A DNA stretch of 64,000 nt from Chara braunii (taxonomy: Eukaryota > Plantae > Charophyceae), in contig BFEA01000030.1 of NCBI GenBank assembly GCA_003427395.1, positions 2,223,722-2,287,721 of the forward strand. The letters run 5' to 3'. Below the pieces are notes generated by a model. The model had not been told where the DNA came from. It made no database searches and saw only the letters and a list, made by a program, of their open reading frames with translations. The translations under genes were made by a program, and so were the position numbers. Positions 26,865-38,322 of the stretch are shown one piece after another. Every line of letters begins with the position of its first letter. Position 1 is the first letter of the stretch.

Positions 26865-29226
26865 TCAGAAGAATTTCGTCGGCAGTTCCTCCATAGTGAT
26901 CCGGGAGGACTGCACTTCTTCTTTGGCTGGTCCATCCCCAGGAACCGTGGGCCCCCCTGAGAGCGGGATTCGCACTTTCCTTGTGATGCTTAGGAGCTCA
27001 TCTCTAGCGCTCTTGCTGGCCGCTAAGTACTCCAGAAGGGTGCATTGCATATGTTGCATCAGGGTCCTCCATAGAGGAGCTACCGTGTCTATTTCGTCCA
27101 AGGTGCATTTCATCTCGAACTTTTTCGCCCCCTTTTTCCTAGGCGACTTAGGTGAAGTGGGTTCCTCCCCCTTCCTCTCTTCCGTGCCTTTGGCGTCGAC
27201 CATCGGTTGGTCATCGTCGCTGCTCCTTCTTCCTCCACCCTCCGTCGCGCTTTCCTTGCCTTTAGACGGCGTGACCCCAACTTGAGTCCTTACCCTTAGG
27301 CAAGGCCCTTCCTCTTCGGGCTGGGTCTCAATGAACTTGATGCTCGACAGCTGGGGCTCCCTTATGGACACGCCTCCCTGTGGTTCTGTCATTTGGACCT
27401 GGGACGAGTTAGAAGTGCTCCCACCCTCGGGCTTCTTCCCCAATCTTGCTTCTTGGAAGGCTACTCATTGAGGGATTGAAGGAGACTGCTTCCCCATCAT
27501 CCCCCCAAACTACCCACTTATTCTCTTTTAATTTTACCACCCCCAACCTTAGGGCTTCCGTAAGGTAAGGGCACTCTCGTTTGATGTGACCCTCCTCATT
27601 GCAATAGACCCACCCGCTTCGAGGCGGCGGGTTGTTAGGGCGGGGAGCGACTTGATGGGGCGCTCCCGTTGCCGGGAGGCCCGGGAGGCGGTGGCATTCT
27701 AGCCTGACTTACCTCTGGTCGAACCCCCATGGCCCTAGCTTGGGGAGGGTCTCCCCATCTTCCATCCCTTGCGTCCTTCCATCGGGAGTTTCCCCATTTC
27801 GAGGCCCTATTTCCTCCGGTCTCTCGGTCGTTCCTCCAGCTCCATTAGTTGCCGGGCGTGTTTCACCAACCTGGGGGTCTTCATCCCCAGCGTTGGGCGG
27901 AAGGCCCAGGAGGCCGCCTTTCGTTTCCGTGTGGACCGTCCCCCTTTTGGGAGCGCATACTCCGGAGAGCCATGTCCAGACTCTCTTTCATGTACTCCTG
28001 TACGTCCACACCTCCTCTAGTGAAGACCACTTCGGCGACTCTTTCGAAATTAGCGGAGTCCCTAGGGGCCTTTTCGAGGACCTCCCTCCTCTTCTCTTCA
28101 GGCAGGTGCAACATGAACAATGCGCACATGTCGACTTCCGAAAGCATCCCTCTATCCACCAAGGCCTGCGATAAACGTTTGAAGCTTCGAGTAAAGGCCA
28201 CCAGGCTTTGTTGCTCTCCTCTCGCTACCCGACGCAACCCTTCTATCGTGGGGATCATGTCGTCACACACAAAGATCCTCAACAGGCTGCTCTTGAAAGT
28301 CTTCCACCTCCCATCAGACAGGTATACGACCCTAATGGCCTGGTCCAGCTCGGGGTCCGAATGTTGTATGAAGTGGTCGATCCACTCTTTCTCCGAAAAC
28401 TTCTTCCGGTAGGCGTAATGCTCCCATTTCTCCACGAACCCGGTCACGTCCCTTCCGTTAAAATAGAGCGACTCTAGCCCCAGGTTCACATCGTAGTAAG
28501 GGACTCGACAGTCGTTATACCGACGGAAATAAGGTTCTTCTGCCGGCCCATCTATCGTTGGATCGTAAGGCTTGTACCAAGAAGGGTCCAAATCTTCCAT
28601 CCGGGGTCGAGGTCTCAGAGGTCCCCATTATTCCTCTTCCCGACGACCTCTATAACCTGGGTCTTCACGTTTCCAGTGCATGGACTCCGGGCCCCAAGCC
28701 CCTCTTCAGATGTCTCCCATATTCCTTCCTACCGCCTCTTCTTGCATCCATGCGGGACCAGTTTCCCTGCCGGCCCATCTTCGCGTTACTCCCCCAATTT
28801 CGATTTGTCGTCCTTCCCCAAGTTCCCTCCTTCTTAGGCGACCTTCCTCGCCTCTCCTCGGCCCCCAGCATCCAGCCCTGTCACGGGGGCACTCCTGCCC
28901 TTCGTCGACTCTTTCTTCCGTGTCCACGTGGTTCGCCCATTGGGTTTCGACTGGGAAACCCCTTGTGTTCAGACCCTTTCTCTCACAGGCACACGTGGTT
29001 CTATCTCTCGGTGCAAATGCTCGTCAGAGTTCGTATGCGGCTCCGTAACTTTTTCTCCGAGGGGTTCTTCCAGGTTCCTTAAGGCCGTACCCGTAGATTC
29101 TACCCCTTCAGTCACTCCTTCGACTGTCTTGCTCAATCTTGCCCCCAATTCGGTACCCTCCTCGGTTCGCCACATAGCAGCGGGCGTAAGTGATTGGGCG
29201 ACCCCGTGCTCAACCACACTTTCCAT
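26865..29226 (-). pseudogene. gag: gag, degenerate; in frame with pol across the TGA at 26865-67
   Basis: YFNGRDVTGFVEKWE capsid-like block in ORF 27881-28600; degenerate zinc knuckle WVYCNEEGHIKREC near 27570-27615; probable start ATG at 29226. Confidence 0.75.
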
Positions 29227-29236
29227 GCACCAGTTC

Positions 29237-30091
29237 TTAGTCGCTCTCTTCGCCAGAATCACTCCCTCGGCCTTTTGTCCCGCTACTCTCCTTCGAGCCT
29301 CCTTCTCCTTCACTCGATCCTTGTGCCTCACTGTCTCCTTCGGACTCCTCACTAGTCACAGTCCACCAAAAGTCTCGTATTTGTTTCTCTTCGTAAGCTG
29401 CTAGCGCAAGGTTGACAATTTCCAGATCCGAGACACCCCTAGTCCCTTCCTGCGAGCACCGTCTAATTAGGCCTCTATCTACTTCTCCGGCCTATCCCGA
29501 GAATAGGGGCTTGATGAAATCGCCAACCAGAGCCCACCAGTCAAAATTCGTATGCTCTAGGGACTCCCATCACAGGGTGAACAACTCGTGCCCCTTCTCT
29601 TCCCTCAGGGGAAATTTCTCAATTATCGGTCCTTTAATTTGGATTTTCCTCACCGCTGCGTCGTTGGGGTAAAGCAAACGGTAGACCCAAGCAGGGACTT
29701 CCCAGGTCCGGCCGTGGGCTGCCCGCGGAATTTCTAACCGTCCTCGGTACTCGACCTTCTCTATTTCACGCCTTCCCACGATTCCCCCTCTCAGCCTTCT
29801 AAGTCGGTCTCAAGTTCTCTCTACGATACCCAGCGGATCCTTTCCTTCCGCTAACTCGGTGGCAAAGAACTGTCTATCATCGTGAGACAAGAAGATCTCC
29901 GCCCTTCGCATGTGGGTACCCTCTCTCGAAACTATCGAGAAACGAACTAGCGTTTCCTGCCCATATTCGAAGAACTCCGTAATAATCTCCCCTTCTTCCT
30001 CATCCTCGGGGAGGGTCACTCCATACCTAGATCCCGACTTCCAAGCCCTTTCCAAGGTCCCGACAGGGTTCCCCCTGTCGAATCTAATCAT
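29237..30091 (-). pseudogene. Accessory ORF B5 (~284 codons, three in-frame stops), family B
   Basis: Read-through translation aligns with B4 (GKDPL..DRLRRL vs GEDPL..DRLERL; VPAWV..YP vs VPRFI..YP; acidic tail); ATGA overlap at start. Confidence 0.7.
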
Positions 30092-30660
30092 TGGCCGGCT
30101 CACCTTACCCGAGCTATTCTCTCCGCCGCCTCGACCAGTGAATCCTCGCACCTCTCTCGAGAGCCCTCGCCTTGATCGAGTATCGTCCGACGCAAGGCTT
30201 GCTCGTACTCCCTCGTCCTGACCCAGAAACACGCCTCCACCAGGTGCACCCTGACTTCGAGTGGGTTTCCAAGCCACCTAGAGTCCTCCTCAAACCTTCG
30301 CTCGACCTCCGACAAAGGTTCCCTCCATGTTCTAGAGAACCGTTCTCCTCTCGCCTCCCTAATAAAGATTGAAAACCTAGCTAAGGTGGTCCACGACCTC
30401 CTTTTCCACAAGGTCAGTCGCCGAACTTCGACGAGGAAACTCTTCTCGGCTCGAGCCACTCGTTCTTCTCCAAGGCCTGGCCCAAGATCCGCTCCTCCTT
30501 CTACCTCGACCTCGGGGCCGTCGTCCCTTGTCTCCAACTCCCAAATTATCGAGTTTGAGGTGTAGGTAGCTCTCATGCCTTTCCTCCCCCGAAGAATAGT
30601 TCCTCTTTTAAATCGTAAAGTATCTTTATCGTGACCCTCTCTAATAACTTGATCTTTCAT
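30088..30660 (-). CDS. Accessory ORF C (MKDQVIREG..., 186 aa), possibly a distant family B member
   Basis: Long open frame; ATGA at 30657-60; a second in-frame TGA at 30088-90 overlaps the B5 ATG. Confidence 0.6.
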
Positions 30661-30768
30661 AAGGACCCTGGTCTCGCCCTCCTTTCCTCTTCCCAGCAAA
30701 GGGTCAAAATTCTATATAGCTCCACCTTAACCCTTTCTAGACCCACCAGTTCGCTGGTGTCGGGCTCA

Positions 30769-31508
30769 CTAATGCCTCAAGTTCCTTCGACGACACGCTA
30801 TAGCTATTCGTATGAGATCCGAGGGGTCTAATCCTTCTAACCCCGCCTCACAGATCTTTCCCAAGTACCTCCAGGTGATGGTCGACACCTTCACGTGTTG
30901 GCCCCAGCCCTCAAAGGCGTAGCCCAGACCCTCTAGCGACGACCAATTGTCCTCGTATGGACTTTGAAGGCACCACGTTAATAGGGAATGCAGGTCCGAC
31001 CTTGTGAACCGAAATTGGTTCAGGATCGAGATCCTACGTTCCACCGCCTTCCTGACCGTTTCCGAGGGATAAACTCGCTCAAGTATGAAACGAGGGACTC
31101 CGACGGGGTCACTGTTGAAAAACAGAGGCACTTCTTCCCAACCCATGTAGGTCACTCGGTTGATCCTAGGGTACTCCTCTCGAGGACTTGCCTCTTCCAC
31201 AAGCCTCTCCAGACGGTCTTGAATCGCCTGTGCGTCTATGAGCGGGTCCTCCCCCAACTTCAAGCTGCGGACTACCTCTAGAAAACTCTCCTAAGGAACA
31301 ATGTGGCCTCTTCGATCACCAACCCCTCCCCGCTGCTCACTGTCAACCGAACGAATGCTTTCCCTCGGCGGATCTCGGCTACTTCCCCTCGAATGACCCT
31401 CGTCGGATGTCTTTGACTTTCCTTGGGCAACGAGACATGGACAACCTCTCCTTCCCCACTCACAGGCTCTATCGAGGCCCAAAGAGTTCCGGGGATTCCC
31501 CTTATCAT
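30769..31508 (-). pseudogene. Accessory ORF B4 (frameshift near 31278)
   Basis: ATLFL..LKLG and EEYPR..VPRFI..LHSLLTWC motifs; its ATG overlaps the B3 TGA. Confidence 0.7.
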
Positions 31509-32233
31509 CGAGCTTCGAACCCCCATTGGTTAGCCACCTGCTCTTCCCCAAAGAAGCGGGCATACGGGACGTCAACGACGTGAACTCGGATCCCCTCAAA
31601 CTCTCTCAACCTCTCGAATATAGGGGGTTGTTCTCCCCTAGGGGGAACCCCAGCGTCCACACACTGCGTGTAGAGCCAGAATAGCCCTCTTGTCCGCACT
31701 CCGGACTCATGAGCAGCTCTGAGTACCGCCACTACTTTCTTTTTTCGGGTCTTTAAGAATGAGCGTGTCAGGAATTGGGGCAGGTCCACATGGAGCACTC
31801 CGGACGCCCGAGGGACCTCACCTGGTTCGGCGAAGGATACCTGTGTCCACGATTCGAAGGTTCCCTCCTCGTAATCACCCAGTACCAGATTGTTCGCTAC
31901 TAGCCTAGCGGACTCACGGTACTCCGTATGGGTCTCTCGCCCAGTCACTAAGCCCCTCCAAATCTCGGTCCATGTCTCCTCGTCGAGGAAAATTGTAGCC
32001 TGAATCTCTAGGAACCGACCGAGGTCAGGCGTACCTCCTCTTTGCACCCCTTCTTTCCAGGTAAGCCTGTGAGTTCGAACCCACACGTAGGCGCCTTCCC
32101 TGACGGCCCCTCCTTTCTCAACACTCATCCAGTAGGGCGTCACTCGAGGGTCCCCTAGGATGAAGACTTTCCCCGCGTCACCGGCTTCTATCGCCTCTAC
32201 CACTCCGTTTTTGCTGAGCACAAATCTCACCAT
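31505..32233 (-). CDS. Accessory ORF B3, intact 242 aa, unknown function
   Basis: Intact ORF; paralogous over its full length to B1 (MVR.V..K.G.V; ATIFL..W; EVPR; LFWLYTQCVD). Confidence 0.8.
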   Translation of the reverse strand: MVRFVLSKNGVVEAIEAGDAGKVFILGDPRVTPYWMSVEKGGAVREGAYVWVRTHRLTWKEGVQRGGTPDLGRFLEIQATIFLDEETWTEIWRGLVTGRETHTEYRESARLVANNLVLGDYEEGTFESWTQVSFAEPGEVPRASGVLHVDLPQFLTRSFLKTRKKKVVAVLRAAHESGVRTRGLFWLYTQCVDAGVPPRGEQPPIFERLREFEGIRVHVVDVPYARFFGEEQVANQWGFEAR

Positions 32234-32789
32234 TGACAGGTGTCGTTTTGAAAACCCACTTGCGGTATCTCTCCGGCGAGAGGGTAAAGGGTTTTTCCAG
32301 GGACCCTAATCTCCTAAGAATACCCCAGAGTTTTCTTCGCGGCGGGATTCCCTGATCGATACAATGTGTGTATAGTATCCACAGGGCCCCAAAGGGTAAT
32401 CCTAAACTGCTTCCCCTTTCCAGGAGTTTCAGCACTCTTCCCTCGTTCACGCCTGAGAACACAAAGTCAGGGACCCACGTGGTCACGGGGTAACTCGCCC
32501 TTGGGAGTTCGCCCTCCCTAGCGAACCTCTCTGCCTTTATCGCCACAAACTTTCCGGATCCTATCTATCCATCTTCTTCTGACTGTTGTAGCCTCTCCGA
32601 TTAATAAGTCCAGCCCACCCCCTTGGCCCAAGACCAGGGGTACAATAACCTTCGACCAGGCCCCCGGCTTGACGAAGATTATCGAGGTGACTTCGAGATG
32701 CACCTCAGTCGTTCTCCTAAGCTACACACCCCTCGCTCGACTAGAGGGGACTCGACAAACCTACCGATGCTTCGGTCAAACAGAACCAT
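32178..32789 (-). pseudogene. Accessory ORF B2 (frameshifted)
   Basis: SIIFV..AW..PLVLG and GELPR..VPDFV..LWILYTHCIDQGIPP motifs found across frames. Confidence 0.65.
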
Positions 32790-32794
32790 TCATT

Positions 32795-33519
32795 CTAACC
32801 TACCTTTTGACGGACTCCGAATACGTTTTGGTAACGGTAGTCTCTCCCGCCCTCGCGGTCCCGCTCCGACTCTAGGGATATCCCTTCTGAGATCCGGTTG
32901 GCCCTAACCCCGTACGGCACCGGGTTGTCCACACAGTAGGTATAGAACCAATGAAGCGAACGAAAGGACAGCCCCCTCCTTCTCTCTCGCCTTATAGACC
33001 TCACGACTTTCTCGTATGCGGTCCCCAAGACGTAAGAAGGAAATATAGCCTGGATGCAACCCGCGACACGGGGGTATTCCTCGTCCCGAGTGCAAGTCAC
33101 TCGCAAGCGGAACGGCAGGCTATGCTGAAGGGGCACCTCCTCGAAGAACCGCCTCAGGAAAGGCCCTGCGCGTAACTCCTCGTGGTCCGTCCGATAGTAC
33201 CCTAATGCCAGTGGGTGACGTACTCAACCCACGCCTCCCGACTTAGATAGATCGTGCCCTCCACACGAACTGCCGCCCGCCGGGCCTTTCCCCCGTTCCT
33301 TGGTCTATTCCTGGTCCACTGATCTCCTTCCCAAATGCCTACGGCGAACCGTGCCCAAAGAAAAACTCCCTTCTCAAGTTCCACCCCTCTCTCATGCCCC
33401 GCTAGGTACCTCTTAGTACGATGATCCAAGGGGACACTAAAGCATTCTCGTTTCTTGAGAAGGTCAGCCTTCTCGATTTTTACTCTGCCGTCTTTTCCTG
33501 CTTCGACAATCCTAACCAT
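32795..33519 (-). pseudogene. Accessory ORF B1 (~241 aa, one frameshift near 33205)
   Basis: Joins ORFs 33202-33519 and 32795-33136; EEYPR..PSYV..LHWFYTYCVD motif. Confidence 0.7.
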
Positions 33520-33886
33520 GCCCCTCCTGGCTTTGCACTACCTTCTTAATGATTCCCACCAATACCTTCCACCCGTCCGACCCGTCGAGATAGGCCTCCG
33601 GTATGATCGGTGCGGGTCACTCTCCTCGTCGGAAGGTCCTATAACCTAGTGTATAGAAGTACCAGGTCTCGTAGGCCCCCAAAAGTTCCCTTTCTAGTTG
33701 CGCGACACCAACCGCCTCCTCCCAACTATTAAGAAAACCCTTTCCTTGATCCGTCCACTCTTCTACATAGAGGGAGATGTCCCAATCCCCGGTTCTCAAG
33801 AAGAACTTGTAACACCACCCGTCAATTCCCCCACAATCACCCACGCTAACGCCTGCCGGCTCAAATTCTAATACCCCTAGGCTCAT
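33512..33886 (-). pseudogene. Accessory ORF A3 (one internal TGA)
   Basis: MSLGVLEF..WCY.F.L.TGD.DI.LYVEE..YFYTLG..PEAYLDGSDGW; its stop overlaps the B1 ATG (ATGGTTAG). Confidence 0.75.
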
Positions 33887-34223
33887 AGGTTCTCCACTAT
33901 CTACTATGATCGCTACTAACACTCTTCACCCGTCCGACCCATCCAAGATATGCCTCTGGTATTACCGGGGAGGGTTGTTCCCCTCGTCGGAAAGTTCGAC
34001 ACCCCAGTGTATAAAAATATCTGATCCCGTAGCCCCCTAAAAGCTCCCTCTCTAGCCGAGCATGGCCAACCGCTCCTTCCCAACTATTTAGGAAGGCTTC
34101 CCCTTGGTCAGTCCCTTCTTCTACGTAAAGTGCTATATCGAAATCCCTGGTCCACAGGTAAAAGTTGTAGCACCATACCACGCTAATGCCCGCTGACTCA
34201 AACTCCAAAACCCCTAAGCTCAT
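33883..34223 (-). pseudogene. Accessory ORF A2 (small indels near the 3' end)
   Basis: Paralogue of A1/A3; CTATGAGC junctions at both ends. Confidence 0.75.
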
Positions 34224-34573
34224 AGGCGTTCCACTATCTCCTCGACGATTCCGACCAACACTCTCCACCCGTCTGACACGTCGAGATAAGCGTCCGGAAT
34301 CACCGGCGCAGGTCGGCCTCCCCTAGGATAAATCTTGTACCCTAGAGAGTAGAAGTATCTAAATCCGAACCCTCGCAACTCTGCTCTAGCCGCACGGGAG
34401 TTATCGATCACCGCCTCCCATCCGCAGAGGAAATTCTCCCCCTTGTCTCGCCCCTCTTCTACATAGATGGCGACGTCGAAGTCCCCCGTCCACATGCGGA
34501 AGGTATAGCACCACACGTCGACCCCACCGTAACTACTTACGCTAATCCCTTCCGGGACCGCTTCTAGGCTCAT
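34220..34573 (-). CDS. Accessory ORF A1, intact 117 aa, unknown function
   Basis: Intact ORF; its TGA overlaps the A2 ATG at 34220-23. Confidence 0.8.
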   Translation of the reverse strand: MSLEAVPEGISVSSYGGVDVWCYTFRMWTGDFDVAIYVEEGRDKGENFLCGWEAVIDNSRAARAELRGFGFRYFYSLGYKIYPRGGRPAPVIPDAYLDVSDGWRVLVGIVEEIVERL

Positions 34574-36221
34574 TCACCCTTATCAAAAATTTTCTTTTTG
34601 TCACCTTTACTAGTTGGCTACTCGAGAGACCACTCCTACCCTGCAAGAAGAAGGTGCCTGTGAGCCCAGCAGGATCAAATGGACCAGAGAAGGAACGCCG
34701 TCCCACTCGGCTACCTTCCTGTCCTCCCCCGCTGAGAGGTCCTCCCACGTCCTGGTATAAGGACTAGCCGCGAACACAGGTTATCCCCGAAGAAGGGTGG
34801 CAACCCCTCCTCCGGAGTCGGATCGTAGTCACACACCCGTGCCCTATGTCCCCCCCCGAACCGACCCCTAGTCCTAAGTTAGCCTATCCGGAACCACGCC
34901 CCTACTCGGCCCACCTCGAGCGTGGAATTACCCGGGTCCCAGGACTTTATCCGCCTATCGATCCGAGATCACTAGCCTGTCTACTCCCTCCCATTTTCCT
35001 TCTCGCATCGTGAACCCTTCTCACATCGTTCCCTTTTTCCCTTTTCGCCTCCGGCTGACTCTTTTCTCTCTCGGAATCAAGGAATTTAATCGGGGTATTC
35101 GAAGAAAAGGGGTGGGGAAGCAGAGTTTTAGGAAGAGTCTCTCAGGTTAAGCAGATATATATACGTACCTTGTGGTCCTTGAATTCTTCAAAATTCGTTT
35201 TCGTAGTCCCAATAATCCCCCAGGTCCGCGTCCGAGAAATCGGCAAGGCACCGGTCCACCCAAGACCCGTCCCCCGATCCCTCGTCCACGGCGCCCCACG
35301 TATCTCTCACCTCTTCTTCCCGAGGTAGCCCCCTATCCCCCCCGTTAATAATGGCGGTTAAGGTTTACTCGCCCCCTTGTCCCGGATCACGAAACACCAC
35401 TCTCCTCACCCCCAAGTCCCGAACGGCCCCCGCTTGAGAACTCCGCTCCCTCGCGGGAGGTGCCTCTCGAGCGGGCCCCGTCCACAACCCGCGAGGGGCG
35501 AGAACCGAAAACTCAAACCCCTCCCGCGAAACCCTTTCCGACGCGGAAGATATACCCCGCGCGGGTGCCGCCCACAACCCGTGTGGGTCGAGGATATTTG
35601 GCGACCCCCTTGGATCCCAAATTGATAACGCTCCCGGACCCTCTCGAACCCCCTTTTCCTCTCTTCCCCTCAAGTCCACTCTCTCTCCCCCGTGTGCGGA
35701 CCCTATCACACTATTTTCCCTTACGGCTCGTCTTACCCCCCTTTGGTTGTTTTTCACCCTCATTCAAACCCCCACAAACAAACTGTTTCGCCCTCTTAAT
35801 TAGTGGATTTTAGAAATAAACACACTAAAAATGTCACACTCCCCAGCAAAGACGGACCTGAATTGTCTTGGAGCAGCAAGGGCCACAAGCGGGGCCAAAG
35901 CGGACCTGCAAAACCGAGAGTTTCCGACACCCCAAGTCCCTTGCACCCAAACAAGCCCAGCACCCCCTTCTCACGCTGAAACAAGGCCCCCAATGGAACC
36001 CTCACCCCAAAACAACCCAATAGAACCCTCACCCCCAAAGTCGCCAAGAGAAAAAACGTTGTCGAAGAGTCGCCGCGTAGACCCGAAGAAAGTTGTAGCC
36101 GAAGAAAAAGAGGCGGAAAGGGAAATGCCGACTCCGATAGGCCCCTAAGAATTGATGCCGATGAGAAACTCGATGCCGAAAAAAAAAACCCCGAAGAACT
36201 TGATGCCGGAACTCAAAAAAA

Positions 36222-36231
36222 CTCTCCACCA
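36222..36231 (-). other. Primer-binding site, tRNA-Ala-like
   Basis: Minus strand LTR..CA-GG-TGGTGGAGAG; TGGTGGAGA is complementary to the ..UCUCCACCA 3' end typical of tRNA-Ala. Confidence 0.7.
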
Positions 36232-38229
36232 CCTGTCACGCCTGTTCTCCCTCACCCCGCAGTACTTGAGCCGGCCGAGGCCGTGGGAGAAAGCCCATCC
36301 CCGACAACGGCGCCACTTTGTTGGGCGGTGTCTTCCTCCACGTGCTACCGCCCCCCCCCCCCACTTCTTTTGCCCCTGCGCAGACCGACCCTGCTCCCCC
36401 TTAACTCTTCCCCCAACTGGCCTTCGAAGTCTCCCCTGCAACACAATCCTCATCGCCCGTTACCCGTTGCCTTTGCCCCCTTTTACGAGTTACTCTCCCG
36501 AGGCTGCAGCGGACCCCGATGGGGACTCGGACCCGACACCCATTAAACGACCCTCAACCGAGCATTAGACAGGGTGCGACTGTAGCGAGCCTCTGCCGTG
36601 GAACGGACCGGGTATTCGGTTCGGAGATGGGAAACACCCGAAGCGAACCGCAACTGAAAACTAGGTCGGGTGCTCTGCTCGGAACAAGGGGAGTCTGCAA
36701 CGAACATTCAACGGAAAAAACAGACCTGACTCTCAGTTTGGTATTAAGCAGCGAGCTGTCAACAGGAACACACGCCGGATACTCAATTTTGAATGGCAAA
36801 CGTTTGCAGCGAATTATCGAAGAGGAAACAGATCAAGTGTCGGAAGACGTCCGCGGCGAAAGAAAAACTCCCAGCTAACTCTCACAGGAAAACAAACGGA
36901 CCCGGTGCCCGGTTTGGAACGAGAAGCTTTTACAGCGACCTCATCCGACCGCAACGAAAACCCCTTGCCAGTTACCCCTGGAAAACAAACAGACCGTGTA
37001 CTCGGTTGAACTGAAAGCAGACCAGGAGCCGAGCTCCAAAGGGGAAAGAATTTTGACCGGGAAAACGGTCTTGGTGCTGTCGGTGCGAATACCCTTACAA
37101 GGGTATCCGCCCTGTTTTTTGCAAAAGACAGGAAATAAGTTTGGCTTAAAGTTTAAGTATACCGCGCGAGGTGCGTCTGCGTCTGTGATTTACGTTGACC
37201 GGATGGGTGACTAGAGTAGAGAGTGTGTGGGCGCGCGGATTTGAGGCGCTTGTGATCCTTTTATTTGTTGATGATTGAAGAGTCGCCGTGATCGCCGACT
37301 GAAATTCTTTATTTCTGATTAAGTAGGGACTAAAAAGATTATGTCTCGTTGATTGGTGTGCTTGCCTATGACCTATGCGTACACGCGGAGGACGGCATCG
37401 ACAACAGTGTGGCTTATGAAGTCGTTTTGGGAGATCGGCGCGTCGTGCAGTGCCTGTTTATTTAAACGTCCGTCAGAGTAAACCCAGACTTGGGCCTAGC
37501 ACTATTGGTTACGATGCCGAACTTTCGTCGGGGAGGTTCAGGATCAAGGACGAGCGGCGACAACGCGGAATGTCGGAGTGGCGCGAAAGGGCCGAGGGGT
37601 TGAGGGTCTGGCGGGGCTATCCCCCTTGGTTTTGTTGTCGGTGGCGTGAAGGCGGGGCTATCCTTATTGGTTTTGTCGTCGGCAGTGTCCGACTGGTGGT
37701 GGCGTTTTCTAAATTTTTTATTTAGTGTTGTATTTTTATTTAGTTTCCTGGGCACTCCGTCGCGCCACTGACTTGGACGCGACGCCGGGCTTAATGGTCG
37801 TCACGGCAGCCGGGGGCCTTGAGTACGTGGCCCATCCGACGGGTTGGCGGGTCCCGGTTGCTGGCGAGAATCAGCCACCTCGCCGCAGCAAGGGGGGCTA
37901 CGGCGCGGTCACAGTTTGAGTTGCAGTAGCACGTAAGGCCGAAGGGCCGGTAATGCTGAATGTATATGACCTACGTGTCGGGTCAGGCGAGGTCGCGTCG
38001 GGATGTGTTGTATTCACGGGATTGCCAGAAGTGCAATTACAAACTGTTTTCATAACGGCATCGGGGTTACCCCTTTCGTAGTGTTACGGGGAACCCCGTA
38101 GCAGCCACACCTGGGCTCAGGCCTCCAATAAGGGAGCGTGTGGGAGTAGCGCCCACCAGTAGGTGCGATGCCTACCGTAGCAGGTGGGAGATATCAGTTG
38201 GGGGAGCCGCGGGGCATTGCCCCGGTCGA

Positions 38230-38322
38230 GTCCTTCGGGACATCCGTTAAAATGGGAACGCTGCCAAGAAGACTAGCACGGTCCCTTCGCAAGGGACGAC
38301 CTGTATAATAGGAGGACGGCCC
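38230..38322 (+). ncRNA. U6 snRNA-like sequence with altered ACAGAGA box inside the 7.7-kb element
   Basis: GTCCTTCGGGACATCCGTTAAAATGGGAACG-CTGCCA-AGAAGACTAGCACGGTCCCTTCGCAAGGGACGAC; about 12 differences over 71 nt from the recalled plant U6; also matches the copy at 1909-1993. Confidence 0.8.

Noticed and set aside
25574-29404. Plus-strand ORFs of 140-240 aa over gag-pol (likewise 46763-47893, 57381-58271 and 58247-58939 opposite TE genes)
   Set aside because: They are antisense shadows of real coding frames and show no motifs.
33520-33530. Shine-Dalgarno-like AGGAGG before the B1 ATG, suggesting a prokaryotic origin of the array
   Set aside because: The strand is purine-rich throughout and the motif is not consistently placed at the other junctions.
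29237-34573. env gene
   Set aside because: The ORFs lie upstream of gag and have no signal peptide, furin site or TM anchor.
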